From a virus (lineage: Duplodnaviria; Caudoviricetes), in the IMG/VR virus record IMGVR_UViG_3300019378_000951, positions 32,001 to 96,000 of that record: a stretch of 64,000 nucleotides of DNA; one strand, 5' to 3'. The position numbers were made by a program, and so were the translations under genes. The notes under the pieces were generated by a model that saw only the letters and a program-made list of their open reading frames with translations, ran no database searches and was not told the DNA's origin. Shown here piece by piece: positions 21,340 through 31,995 of this stretch. Position 1 is the stretch's first letter, and each line of letters starts with the position of its first letter.

Positions 21340-22062
21340 TTAAATATTATTTACAATTTTTAAAATAAAATTGTAAAAATCATCGTATTTTTTATCAAAT
21401 ACTTTAAAATAATTAAAATTAGATTTTTCTAATAGTTTATCCTTAACAGTTTCTATAGCTATATCTCTTGCTCTATAATGTTTATTATCTGAACTTTTAA
21501 TTTCTATAATTAGATTAAGCGAAGGAATATATACATCTGGAATGTAAAAATGCTCTTTTCCTTCATATTCATATTTAAATACTTGAGGAGCTGGAGATAT
21601 TATATCTTTACTACTCCACTGCATAAATATATCCATAAATTCTAGGAACTCATGTTCATACGTTCCAGTATAAGTAAATATAGTTCCATCAGACCATTTA
21701 TATTTACCACTTATTTTGCGATTTTCTAACATTTTCTTTTGTTGATCAGGATCATTAAGCAAATGAGTTTTACCGTAAGTTTTCATCATACGTTCTCTGA
21801 ACTGTTTTTTGTAAACTTCTTTACATTTTTCCGAACATAATCTATCATATCGACATACTGCGTCATTCCATTTAGTTTCTTTTTTACATATAACACATTG
21901 ACCACTAGATTTATGATTAACTGTATTAAAATAAAATTGTTGAACTGACATACCTTGAGGTATTAATTCTGTATGTTCTTTTAATATATGGTTATATAAT
22001 AATTCTTTTTTTATATATTTTGATTTACAAAAAGGGCATTTAAATATTTTATTTCCATTCAT
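21340..22062 (-). CDS. Zn-finger plus TnsA-like PD-(D/E)xK nuclease (head-completion-nuclease-like or free-standing endonuclease)
   Basis: C2H2 finger CPFC...H...H; CVIC/C..C; YIPDVYI...IIEIKS. Confidence 0.7.
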   Translation of the reverse strand: MNGNKIFKCPFCKSKYIKKELLYNHILKEHTELIPQGMSVQQFYFNTVNHKSSGQCVICKKETKWNDAVCRYDRLCSEKCKEVYKKQFRERMMKTYGKTHLLNDPDQQKKMLENRKISGKYKWSDGTIFTYTGTYEHEFLEFMDIFMQWSSKDIISPAPQVFKYEYEGKEHFYIPDVYIPSLNLIIEIKSSDNKHYRARDIAIETVKDKLLEKSNFNYFKVFDKKYDDFYNFILKIVNNI

Positions 22063-22083
22063 TTCATTATTTCACTCCTTTTT

Positions 22084-22105
22084 AACATATTCATATTAGA
22101 TTGTT
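22084..22105. promoter_or_regulatory. Overlapping divergent late promoters
   Basis: AACA-TATTCA-TA-TTAGAT-TGTT contains an AACA-N6-TA on each strand, sharing the central TA, between divergent genes. Confidence 0.6.
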
Positions 22106-22120
22106 AGGGGGTTAAAAAAT

Positions 22121-22927
22121 ATGAAATATTTATTTGAAGACTCAGATAACTCATTCCAATCAATTAATAATCTCGATTTATTAATTGAAGAGGAAGAAGT
22201 TTTATCTGCTAAAGTGCAAAGATGGGCACAAGAATCCGCAAATACGGCTAAATTTAGTTTAAAACAGAAATTAGGACAAATAATTGTAAGAATTAAATCT
22301 TTATTTGGTATAAGAACTTTCGGCGGAGGTAAAGGAAATGTAAAAATTTTAGAGGACATTTCTGGATTTAATAGACTGATTAGGTTTATACAAAGTACAA
22401 CAACATACAAAGTTGCACATTTTGGCCCGAATAATGTTGTATCATATTCAGGAAATATAAATTTAGTAAATACTTATTTAATTAATAAAGGAAATATACA
22501 TGCTAAAAAATTGCATGCATTATATGAAACTATGAAAGGGGAAATGAATTCTAAAGAAGCTAAGCTTGCAAGACACGCTGCCAGCAATACGAAATCAATA
22601 CGTGTAACTAATGAAAAAACATTTAGAATCTATATAGTTCCTTTTATACGTAATATGTTAATAGCTACTAAAAAATTAAATGTTATGATAACAAAAATGT
22701 ATAAATCTTTTGAAAATTTAGTTTCTCATTATAGTACTATAATGAGAAAAAATAAGATGGACAGATCATCAACTACAACATATCATCAAAAAAATGATTT
22801 AACTGCTAGATGTATCACATATGTGGCGTATGCTAATAAATTATTAATTACTACGTGTGAAAATTTATTAGACAAAATCAATAGAATAATAGAGCATTAT
22901 TATAATGCATTTGCAGAAAATAATTAA
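22121..22927 (+). CDS. Probable virion protein (acidic leader, basic body)
   Basis: LFED/IEEE/AQES leader; late promoter upstream. Confidence 0.5.
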   Translation: MKYLFEDSDNSFQSINNLDLLIEEEEVLSAKVQRWAQESANTAKFSLKQKLGQIIVRIKSLFGIRTFGGGKGNVKILEDISGFNRLIRFIQSTTTYKVAHFGPNNVVSYSGNINLVNTYLINKGNIHAKKLHALYETMKGEMNSKEAKLARHAASNTKSIRVTNEKTFRIYIVPFIRNMLIATKKLNVMITKMYKSFENLVSHYSTIMRKNKMDRSSTTTYHQKNDLTARCITYVAYANKLLITTCENLLDKINRIIEHYYNAFAENN

Positions 22928-22981
22928 TTTAATTATTTAAAAAATTTAAAAAGTAAACTAATCAATATAGGAGAGATATAA

Positions 22982-23434
22982 ATGAAGGCCATTCCAAATT
23001 CAAATATGAATAAACGCAAATTTGGATACGAATATCGTCTTAATTTTACTAATTTTGAACAACAGGAAATAGTTTCAGATATGGATGCGTTAGCTGTAAT
23101 ATTTCAAAGAATTATATTTTTTCGTAAAGGCGATTTTCCTAATCAACCCGAATTAGGGGTAGGAATTGAAGATTATGTATTTGAGTTAATGGATCCTGAT
23201 ACTCTTAATAAAATACAAAGTGAAATTAAGAAACAATGTGCTAAATTCGCTCCAACTAGTTATTCATATGATATTAAAGTAGAACAAATGTTAGTTAATG
23301 GTAAAAAAACAGCATTGGCTGTATTTGTTTATCTATCTAAATATAATGAAATAGATACAAATGAACCTAGTTTTGCAATATTATTTAATAAAAGCCGTAA
23401 AGACGGCAAAATACTATCTACAATTTATATATAA
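22982..23434 (+). CDS. Baseplate wedge protein (T4 gp25-like)
   Basis: RKGDFPNQPELGVGIEDYVFE matches the gp25/GPW signature. Confidence 0.75.
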   Translation: MKAIPNSNMNKRKFGYEYRLNFTNFEQQEIVSDMDALAVIFQRIIFFRKGDFPNQPELGVGIEDYVFELMDPDTLNKIQSEIKKQCAKFAPTSYSYDIKVEQMLVNGKKTALAVFVYLSKYNEIDTNEPSFAILFNKSRKDGKILSTIYI

Positions 23435-23464
23435 CAATAAAAATAATTGGGAGGTTATTTTGTT

Positions 23465-24760
23465 ATGAATGAAAAAGATATAAAAAATAAAATGATGGAT
23501 GATATGGATACATTACATGAAATGTTAGGTATAGAATACGATCCAGAAATACCAGTAAACGATGAGGAAGATGAAGCAGCTCAATTTGCTAAATGGAAAG
23601 CTGAACAAGCAGCTAAGAAAAAAGTTAAAAAACAAGAAATACAAGAACTTCCAAGTTTTAAAGAATCATTACAGCCTATGACTGTTCATGAAGAAAAAAA
23701 ACCTAAAGACGAAGTTGTAAAAAAAGAAGAAAAGAAAGTCGAAAAACAAAAAACAGCTGCAGAGCAATTAGAAGAAAAAAATAGAAATGTTAAAAATAAA
23801 TTAGCTAATATAGAAATAAATGTAGATGAAATAGAAATAGTTGAGCACCCTAAAGGTTTAACTCAATTCGATGATTATAATATATCTCTTGGAATGGGTT
23901 CCACTGCAAATCCTACATATCAAGTTGTATGTAACCAAAGTTGTTACGTAGCTAATATGAAGGCTATAAATTATGGAGATGCTATAGCTATAGCTAACTC
24001 TTCAGCGTCTGCATACCAAGAAAGAAGTAGAATATATAAATTATTATATGATAAATGTGAAGCTTTTTCAGTAGGAAGAATAAGTTTTGATGATTTCTTA
24101 AGAATAACTTCATTTTATGATGCAGAAACATTAATGTTTGGTATATATCAACAATCATTTCCAGGCACTACTGAATTCCAAGTTCAATGTGGTTCTTGCG
24201 GAATGCAACATAATATGAAATTTCAAAATGAAGAATTTATCGCTGTGAAAGATGAAGAAGTTTATAAAAATATACAAGATACTATAGCTTCATGCTCTAA
24301 TCCAGAAACTGCATTAGCAAATTCTATTGTTAATAAAACTACTAGAAAAATACTGCCAGATAGTAAAGTTATAGTAGACGTGGCTATACCTAGTTTAAAA
24401 GACAATTTAGATTTACTAGGTAGAGTTAATCCTAAATTACTAGAAGCTAATAAAGAAGTCATATCTTTAATGATGTTTATTAAAAATATATACATGTTAG
24501 ACACTAATAAAACTGTAACACTGGGTAAACCATGCTATTACAAAATGGAAAAGGATTTATCATCAGTAAGTAAACTGATAAAAGATTTAACTATAAATGA
24601 CGCTAGAGAATTAGGAAAAGTTATACAAGATAAATCAGATAAACATGGTATAGTATATCAATTAAAAAATCATAAATGTCCTAATCCAGAATGTGGTAAA
24701 GATCTTGGAGAAATACCTGTAGATATTGAAAAATTACTTTTTTTCAACATGCTTCAGTAG
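23465..24760 (+). CDS. Baseplate hub assembly protein (T4 gp26/gp51-like)
   Basis: D-E-LMFGIY..SF, CGSC and CPNPEC Zn ribbons, IP...LFF C-terminus; GGAGG RBS before ATG 23465. Confidence 0.6.
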   Translation: MNEKDIKNKMMDDMDTLHEMLGIEYDPEIPVNDEEDEAAQFAKWKAEQAAKKKVKKQEIQELPSFKESLQPMTVHEEKKPKDEVVKKEEKKVEKQKTAAEQLEEKNRNVKNKLANIEINVDEIEIVEHPKGLTQFDDYNISLGMGSTANPTYQVVCNQSCYVANMKAINYGDAIAIANSSASAYQERSRIYKLLYDKCEAFSVGRISFDDFLRITSFYDAETLMFGIYQQSFPGTTEFQVQCGSCGMQHNMKFQNEEFIAVKDEEVYKNIQDTIASCSNPETALANSIVNKTTRKILPDSKVIVDVAIPSLKDNLDLLGRVNPKLLEANKEVISLMMFIKNIYMLDTNKTVTLGKPCYYKMEKDLSSVSKLIKDLTINDARELGKVIQDKSDKHGIVYQLKNHKCPNPECGKDLGEIPVDIEKLLFFNMLQ

Positions 24761-24768
24761 ATGGACAA

Positions 24769-25023
24769 ATGGACTTAAAAATGAAAAACAAGCTAGATGC
24801 TACGCATATAGTTTATCTGCTTGAATTATTTGAAGGTCGAATATCTACTACTGAAATACTTGATAGAATACCTATAAATTTACTACTAGAAATGCAAAAA
24901 ATAAAAGAGGAACAAATCGAAAAACAAAACAGAGAAATTGCTAAACAACGAGAAGTTGCGGCGCAACGCAATAATAATAAAGGTGGTATAATTACAAATA
25001 CTGGAAAACGCCGTTTTGATTAA
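24769..25023 (+). CDS. Small tail/baseplate assembly chaperone-like protein
   Basis: STTEILD.IP...QIEKQNRE; directly follows the gp26-like gene. Confidence 0.45.
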   Translation: MDLKMKNKLDATHIVYLLELFEGRISTTEILDRIPINLLLEMQKIKEEQIEKQNREIAKQREVAAQRNNNKGGIITNTGKRRFD

Positions 25024-25041
25024 ATAAACATCTAATCTGTA

Positions 25042-25069
25042 ATAAGGATTGCTATATAGCAATCCTTAT
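25042..25069. terminator. Palindromic hairpin terminator
   Basis: ATAAGGATTGCT-ATAT-AGCAATCCTTAT. Confidence 0.6.
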
Positions 25070-25100
25070 CAAACAGATTATTAAGATAGACTGGAGAGAT

Positions 25101-25409
25101 TTGATGCGAGATATAGTTGATATAGTTAATGAACTTACAAAACATAATACTAATTCGACAGAAAATTTCCTCAAATCCCTAAAATTCATCGATAATGCAT
25201 TAACTATGGCTAATTTTTTCAAAAAATTAGCTAATTCTGATATAGAATACCATATAATTAAAGGATTCGATTATAAAGAAAATAACAACAATTTTTCAGA
25301 ATTTAAAGTAGTATATTTTGTTTGTGAGAGTAATAATATTGAAGATTTCATTAACAGCACTTTAAAATTAACTAAAATATCGAATTTTTATGTGTTAACC
25401 ATAATATAA
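25101..25409 (+). CDS. Hypothetical protein
   Basis: RBS; late promoter at 25072-25083. Confidence 0.5.
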   Translation: MMRDIVDIVNELTKHNTNSTENFLKSLKFIDNALTMANFFKKLANSDIEYHIIKGFDYKENNNNFSEFKVVYFVCESNNIEDFINSTLKLTKISNFYVLTII

Positions 25410-25449
25410 ATTACCGAGTCTATCAATATTACATGGAGAGTGATTAAAT

Positions 25450-25767
25450 ATGGCAAAACAAATTTGGAAATCCGGGTATATGAGCAAAGTGAAAGATGAG
25501 TTTTTAATAATGGAAACTATTTATAATAATAAAAAGAAATATCTTATAGTAAATAGACGAGGAGATTTTGAATGCTCACATACACATGTTTCTAGTTTTA
25601 ACATAGCGAAGGATATGGTAAATATAGTAGCGAAAAAATTAAAACCAGAGTCTAAATCAATATACTTCGTGGAATCACTTATGAGAATAAATAAAGACAA
25701 AAAATATGCAATTACGTTATCACTATATAAAAACAAGTTACAAGAAGAACAAAATAGATCGAATTAA
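25450..25767 (+). CDS. Hypothetical protein
   Basis: 105-aa ORF with RBS; HTH tripeptide in SHTHV. Confidence 0.55.
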   Translation: MAKQIWKSGYMSKVKDEFLIMETIYNNKKKYLIVNRRGDFECSHTHVSSFNIAKDMVNIVAKKLKPESKSIYFVESLMRINKDKKYAITLSLYKNKLQEEQNRSN

Positions 25768-25803
25768 GATGAATTTAAAGGGAAAATAATAGGAGGTAAC
25801 ATT

Positions 25804-27501
25804 ATGAAGGAAAACATAATGTGCAATGTTTATAATGAAAAAGATACAAATGAGATGATAGATGCTACATTGGAACACATAACAAAAGTATTAAAAAACA
25901 CACTTGGTCCTTATGGAACTAATAGTATATTAACTAATAAATTAGCCGGGCCAACATTATGTAAAGATGGCTATACAGTTCTTGGAAAAATATCTTATAA
26001 TAATGAGTTTAGTACTACTATATTAAATTTAATAAAAGCAATAAGTAAAACTTTAGTAAAGGAAGTTGGAGACGGTTCTACCTCTTCAATAATTGTAGCA
26101 TCGGCTTTATATAAAGAAATATTAAATATTAAAAATGAGTTTAAAATTGCACCTAAAGAAATAATAGATACACTTACATATTTAGCAGAATTGTTAGAAA
26201 CTGATATACTTAAAAAAGCAACACCAATAACAGATGAAAATTTTAAGGTTTTAAAGTCAATAGCTGCAATATCTAATAACAACGATGATGCAGCCGGGGA
26301 TATAATATATGAATTATATAAAAAAGTCGGAGTAGAAGGATTTATATCGTTAGAAATAAATGAAAAAGCAACAGAAGACAGAGTAGATATACAAAATGGA
26401 ATAGAATTTAAAGGCGGTTATTTAGCTAGAGAATTCGCAACAGAAAAAAATCGTATTACAGCAGTATATGAAGATGCAATGGTATTATTATGTAATGACA
26501 CTATTGATGGAGCGGATATGGAATCAATAGGTAATTTATATGCACAAGTTTGTACGGGGATGGGAAAACCTTTAATAATTATAGCTAAAAATTATGATCA
26601 TGAAATGTATAATTTCTTTAAAATAAACAGAACTCAACCAAGTGGTAAAAATTTCATATGTCTTCCATTAATGTTTCCATTACCTTCAATGGAATGGGAA
26701 GATAGATTTGAAGACATGGCTATATATTTAGGTGCTAAAATATATAGTAAAGTTGCTGGAATGTCTCCTAAAGATATCACTAAAGATATATTAGGGAGTT
26801 GTGATAGGATAACAGCTGATGATACTAAAACAGTTATAGTTAAAGAAAATTTACCATTAGAGGTCGATAATAGAATATGTGAACTTGAAGAATACTTAGA
26901 CGAATTTGACGGAGATTTATCTAATAGCAAAGTTTATGATCTTAAAAAACGTATTGCTATATTAAAAGCAAAAACAGCAGTTTTATATGTTGGGGGACAA
27001 TCTTATACGGAAAAAGAAACTAGAAAATTCTTAATGGAAGACGCTGTATATGCATGTAAATCTACTATAGAAAACGGATATATTTGTGGCGGTAACTTAA
27101 TTATACCTAGCTGCATACACAAAAAATATAAAACTTATAAACGATTATTAAATAAAAATAAAAAGATATGCAAATCGCTTAAAGGGGAAGAAAGGGAAAG
27201 ATTTATAGAAACGCTACTAGATTCGGTTACGACTTCATTTAAGCAATCGTATTATACGGTTCTTAATAATAAAATACAAGATTCGGAAGAAATAAATGAA
27301 ATATTAGAAAAGTGTGTTAATAACAATAAAATTTTTAATTTAATTGAACATAGATTTGAAGATATGAGAAAAACAAGAATAATAAACTCTGCAATGACAG
27401 ATATACAGATAATGAAAGCGTGTTTCTCAATGATATCATTATTAGCTACTTCAAATCAATTTATCGGAGAAGTTCAAGCATTAAAAATAACTTATAATTA
27501 A
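25804..27501 (+). CDS. groEL: Phage GroEL-like chaperonin
   Basis: TLGPYG, KDGYTVL, EVGDGSTS, AVLYVGG and EDAVYACK motifs. Confidence 0.92.
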   Translation: MKENIMCNVYNEKDTNEMIDATLEHITKVLKNTLGPYGTNSILTNKLAGPTLCKDGYTVLGKISYNNEFSTTILNLIKAISKTLVKEVGDGSTSSIIVASALYKEILNIKNEFKIAPKEIIDTLTYLAELLETDILKKATPITDENFKVLKSIAAISNNNDDAAGDIIYELYKKVGVEGFISLEINEKATEDRVDIQNGIEFKGGYLAREFATEKNRITAVYEDAMVLLCNDTIDGADMESIGNLYAQVCTGMGKPLIIIAKNYDHEMYNFFKINRTQPSGKNFICLPLMFPLPSMEWEDRFEDMAIYLGAKIYSKVAGMSPKDITKDILGSCDRITADDTKTVIVKENLPLEVDNRICELEEYLDEFDGDLSNSKVYDLKKRIAILKAKTAVLYVGGQSYTEKETRKFLMEDAVYACKSTIENGYICGGNLIIPSCIHKKYKTYKRLLNKNKKICKSLKGEERERFIETLLDSVTTSFKQSYYTVLNNKIQDSEEINEILEKCVNNNKIFNLIEHRFEDMRKTRIINSAMTDIQIMKACFSMISLLATSNQFIGEVQALKITYN

Positions 27502-27566
27502 AATTTTTAGGTAAGGTGTCATATAGTTGATACCTTGCCTTTAATCTAATGAAAGGAGAATAAATA

Positions 27567-28295
27567 TTGGCAAAAGTAAGTAAGTTCATGACGATAAAAA
27601 ACTTTTTACAAAATCCTACTGGTGCATATTCAGCCGGATTCGCCAGAAGAGATCTAATTATTCAAGGTATGAAATGGAGGTACCAAGAATTAATTAAAAA
27701 AAATGGTCATCCTAAAATGATTGTATGGGAAGAAAATGATCATATTTATTTTTATTTTAAAATACCTAGTGAAAAATTCGGTAAAAAATGCCTATATGAT
27801 GTAGTAATAAAATTTGTATGTTCCAACCCAACTTTGATGAAAACAAGTACTACATTAAATGGTTATGGAATTAACGTGTTTAGTAACTCTCCGAATTTTA
27901 TGTATACGTATGCATACGTATATAACCAAGATGGAATTTTGATTCCTGAGAGTATAACTAAACTACCTGAAAAGTGCTTAACTGATAAACCTGAAATTAA
28001 AAATCCTAACGAAAGTTATGGTTTTGAAAAAAGTGTATATTTTGCATTATTGTATATAGTGGATCAAGGATATACTATGAAATCTAAAGCAAAAGGACGA
28101 TACCATAAAAATATGGATATTGAAAAATGTATGATACCTATAAAAACTTCTGAAAGCAAATTAAATGAATATAATCGCTATAAAAAACAAGAGCAACTTG
28201 AGAAGAAAGCTAAAAAGGCAGCTGATAAACGTAAGAAAGAAATTGAAAAGAAAAAAGTAGAATCTAAAAAACCTAAAAGACGCAAAACTCCATAA
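27567..28295 (+). CDS. Conserved hypothetical protein with basic C-terminus
   Basis: 242-aa ORF, AAGGAG RBS. Confidence 0.6.
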   Translation: MAKVSKFMTIKNFLQNPTGAYSAGFARRDLIIQGMKWRYQELIKKNGHPKMIVWEENDHIYFYFKIPSEKFGKKCLYDVVIKFVCSNPTLMKTSTTLNGYGINVFSNSPNFMYTYAYVYNQDGILIPESITKLPEKCLTDKPEIKNPNESYGFEKSVYFALLYIVDQGYTMKSKAKGRYHKNMDIEKCMIPIKTSESKLNEYNRYKKQEQLEKKAKKAADKRKKEIEKKKVESKKPKRRKTP

Positions 28296-28373
28296 ACAAT
28301 TAAATTAACGTTCATTTGCATATTATTATAATGTAAGATCAAAAAATATTTGTTTTATAGGGAGGTAATTGAA

Positions 28374-29789
28374 TTGAAAGATGAGTCAGTATTAAAATCT
28401 GATAATAAAGAAGTTGAAGCATGCTTTATTACAGGTGATGAAAGAGGTATAAACGTACCATTTGATAGAATTTTTAAAAGAGATGATGTGAAATTATTCA
28501 ACTCATTACCGTTAATTAAACGTATACAAATCAATCAAACAGATTTAATTGTTGAAGATTGGCAAATTGTTATGAGTAATGATGTCGAACTTTATTATAA
28601 GTTATTAGCTCTAATATATGATATAAGAATTGAAAACAAAGGAGCTAATATTGAAAATGTAATAATGTCATTTATTGATGAAAATCCAATAATAATGAAA
28701 CGTATAAGCGACAATATTGATAAAAACTATACAATTACATTGGACAAAGGTGCAAGTGCAAATGTTAATATCGAGTTACAAGTAACTGATGAACTTAATA
28801 AAACGTTTTTAAAAGCAATATCATTAATGCGTTTTATAACGCCTCTTGTTTGTCTATATGAATTTGAAAATGGTGAAAATTATGATTATTATAATATTTA
28901 TTGTGAATGTCTTATTAAATTCAATGGAGGAAGTTCATCGATTATCAATAAATTGCATAAGATAGTATTTAGTAGATTAGTCCGTACTAAGTATAGTAAT
29001 CGTGTTATATGGAGTTATATAAGACAGAAATCAGATGATGTATCAATAACATCATTAGCTATAACAAAAAACATAGTTAATACAGTCTTAATTAAAACTA
29101 AAAACAATACAAGTTTAATAGCATTTTTAGATGTTGTTATTCGTAATAAAATTAAATTCTTATTTGAATACGATTATAGTGTATCTTATAAATCAATTAA
29201 AGTTAACTCTAATAAAGAATTAGAAGATAAAGAAAAATTGGAAATTCATCATTTAAAGTACGATAAAGGAGTTCAAAAATTAAATGAAATGGCAATAATA
29301 CAAGAATGTAAAAAAATTTATGAACGCTATGGTAAAAAATTAATAAATGAAAGAATCGAACAGCTTGAAGCTGTATGTCAAGGAGAAGTTAATTCAATTC
29401 AATTATTTTTGCTAGAACAAAAGTATCATAATTTTAAAATTAAATCACTAAACATAAAACGTAAGTATATATTAATGGCTGGTTTAGGAGAAGAATTTTT
29501 AGAGAATAATCTTGATATATTTAATAGAATATTGTATAGTCGCATAAACACATCTAGTAGACGTATTAATATTCGTAAGCGTACAGTTGAAAAGATATCA
29601 ATAACGCCATTATATATGGATGCCATGTTACAGTATAGTGATGTTTCTACAATATTTGAAAACAATAATATGATACGCTCGTTAATTGATTTAAAAAGTA
29701 ATGTTTTCGAAGACAGAAATGGTAACATATTAGATATAAACGCAAATGATTTCATAGTAGAAGTTTTAACATTTATAAAAGTAGTATAA
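28374..29789 (+). CDS. Probable sigma-like promoter-specificity subunit of the non-virion RNAP (AR9 gp226-like)
   Basis: About 470 aa and helical; two genes from GroEL, as AR9 gp226 is from chaperonin gp228; early promoter at 28320-28333. Synteny-based inference only. Confidence 0.45.
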   Translation: MKDESVLKSDNKEVEACFITGDERGINVPFDRIFKRDDVKLFNSLPLIKRIQINQTDLIVEDWQIVMSNDVELYYKLLALIYDIRIENKGANIENVIMSFIDENPIIMKRISDNIDKNYTITLDKGASANVNIELQVTDELNKTFLKAISLMRFITPLVCLYEFENGENYDYYNIYCECLIKFNGGSSSIINKLHKIVFSRLVRTKYSNRVIWSYIRQKSDDVSITSLAITKNIVNTVLIKTKNNTSLIAFLDVVIRNKIKFLFEYDYSVSYKSIKVNSNKELEDKEKLEIHHLKYDKGVQKLNEMAIIQECKKIYERYGKKLINERIEQLEAVCQGEVNSIQLFLLEQKYHNFKIKSLNIKRKYILMAGLGEEFLENNLDIFNRILYSRINTSSRRINIRKRTVEKISITPLYMDAMLQYSDVSTIFENNNMIRSLIDLKSNVFEDRNGNILDINANDFIVEVLTFIKVV

Positions 29790-29840
29790 CATTTTTGTTA
29801 TACTACTTATTTTTTATATTTTTTGAGAAAGGGTGATATA

Positions 29841-30898
29841 ATGTACGATTTTTCTATTTATAATGAACTTAAAAAGCAATTAAAAGTGTGTAGACTTACT
29901 TCGTCTAAAGATGAGACTATAGTCCGGTAAGATGTCCTTATTGTGGAGATTCTGTAAAAGATAAATCTCATGCACACTTCTATATATCTAATAAACCACC
30001 GTTCAAGTATTATTGCCAACGTTGTAACGCGAAAGGCGTATTTAATAATAATGTTGCTATGAAATTAAAGATAACAGATATGTCGGTATTAACTTATATC
30101 AATAAATGTAATATTGAATATAAGAAACAGCAAAATTACAAGTATACAACTGACGTACAATTCTTATCCAATAAACGATATAATTATTCTGTCAATGAAT
30201 TAACTGATAGTCATGTTGATAAACTATTATATTTTAGAGATAGGCTTGGATTAGATATTACAGATGATAATTATAATGAAGTACTGAATAGATATAAAAT
30301 TGTGTTAAACCTTACAGAGTTCCTTAATAACAATAAAATGTCTCATTTAATATCTACCCGTTTTAAGTATGAGTCTCAAAAACAGATATTGAATGACGTA
30401 GATAAACGTTTTATAGGATTTATGGCATTAGATAATAATTTTATCACATTTAGAAATGTTTATAATGATGAACCTCGTTATAGAAATGTAAGATTAATAC
30501 TTGATGATGCGGATAGTAATAAAAAGATATATGTAATATCAAATGATATAGATTTGAAAGAACCAATATTCAACGTGTATATAACTGAAGGAGTATTTGA
30601 TATAATAGGAGTATACAACAATGTAGTTCCTAACAATCATTCTAACACTGATATATTTGTTGCAGCTAATGGTAAATCTCATTTATTAATATTTAATACA
30701 CTACTATCAATGGGTATAGTTAATTGCAATTTCCATATTTATAGTGACAGAGATGTTGATGTTGAATTCTATAGAAAGATAAAACAGAATAACAGGTTAT
30801 TGAATCTAAATGGAGCATCAATATATTATAATGAATTAAGTAAAGATACAGGTACAACTAAAGATAAAATTAAGATAAGTAAACCAATAATAATTTGA
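29841..30898 (+). CDS. DNA primase (T4 gp61-like, Zn finger plus TOPRIM), frame broken at ~29922-29930
   Basis: An RBS-led ORF at 29841-29930 stops. RCPYCGDS...HFY...YYCQRC lies in another frame continuous with ORF 30059-30898 (ITEGVFD, YSDRD TOPRIM). Confidence 0.82.
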
Positions 30899-30912
30899 GA
30901 GGGGGATTTTCT

Positions 30913-31995
30913 ATGAATTATGAGTATCAAATGTCTTCACTTGAAATTTCATTACATTCAACAAAAATTAAGTATGATTATTTAAACACTGCACTTAATA
31001 CATTAATTCATACTGACAGATTATTAAATGGTAAAGACACTGTCAATGTTTATATTGACTTAACTACTGTTTTGAAGAAACTATATCACGAAGAATTATC
31101 TGGATTAAGTTTAGTAGATAGATATATGATTATTAGCGAGATTATTAATATAGCTGCTCATTATAGACATTATTTTGCTTCCAGATTGAAAAAGTATACT
31201 AATATAATAATGTACTATAGTGATAAAGAAGCAGAATATTGTAAGTCGATTAATGCAAATTACAATGATGAATATTATAATAAGTATATGAGAACTAATG
31301 AAGAAAAACCTGCTATAAAAATTATAATGAATTCCATTGAAATGGTTAAAGCATTCATGGAATATATTCCGAATGCATACGTTATTAATACTAACAATAT
31401 TGATCCGCGTGCATTTGTACGATTATCTATTGATAATTGTAATAATAACGAATATAATTTAATAATAACTAATAATATTTTATATTATGATATGTTAGGA
31501 TATAGAACTGACGTGTCTATTTTAGAGAATAAAGGACCATACAGTAAGAATATTTATAAAGGTAATTGGTTTAGTGAATTAACTCATAAATTAAAAAAAG
31601 AAAGAGTCCAACCAGACAATAAATTAATTTCGGTATTATTTTCAATGATGAATCATCCTAAGTATAACATAACATATTCAGGAAGAAAAGGAATAGCAGC
31701 AGCTGTAGATACTGTAAATGAAATGATTCTTAAAGGAACATTAGAACCAGGAATAGAATATAATGCGGAAACGCTTAAAATGTTAACATCAGATATTCAA
31801 TTATATGATAATTATAGAATAATAAGTAGCAAAAATCTAGTACAACAGTCAATAAATGATATTAATAAAATTAATTTAGAAAATCAATATATTAATAAAC
31901 CTGGGATATCGATAGTTAAAGATACATGTAATAAGTATTTTCGTAAAAATGAAGTAATACTTGAATATTTATATGAAGGGGAAGAAATTGTATGA
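30913..31995 (+). CDS. Hypothetical protein, possibly PIN/5'-3' exonuclease-like
   Basis: VNVYIDL start and helical pattern; adjacent to primase; catalytic residues unclear. Confidence 0.4.
   Translation: MNYEYQMSSLEISLHSTKIKYDYLNTALNTLIHTDRLLNGKDTVNVYIDLTTVLKKLYHEELSGLSLVDRYMIISEIINIAAHYRHYFASRLKKYTNIIMYYSDKEAEYCKSINANYNDEYYNKYMRTNEEKPAIKIIMNSIEMVKAFMEYIPNAYVINTNNIDPRAFVRLSIDNCNNNEYNLIITNNILYYDMLGYRTDVSILENKGPYSKNIYKGNWFSELTHKLKKERVQPDNKLISVLFSMMNHPKYNITYSGRKGIAAAVDTVNEMILKGTLEPGIEYNAETLKMLTSDIQLYDNYRIISSKNLVQQSINDINKINLENQYINKPGISIVKDTCNKYFRKNEVILEYLYEGEEIV

Noticed and set aside
29915-29924. GACTATAGTC palindrome at the primase break resembling both intron P7 strands (intron relic)
   Set aside because: Only 10 nt, fully explained by coding sequence, and no other core elements lie nearby.
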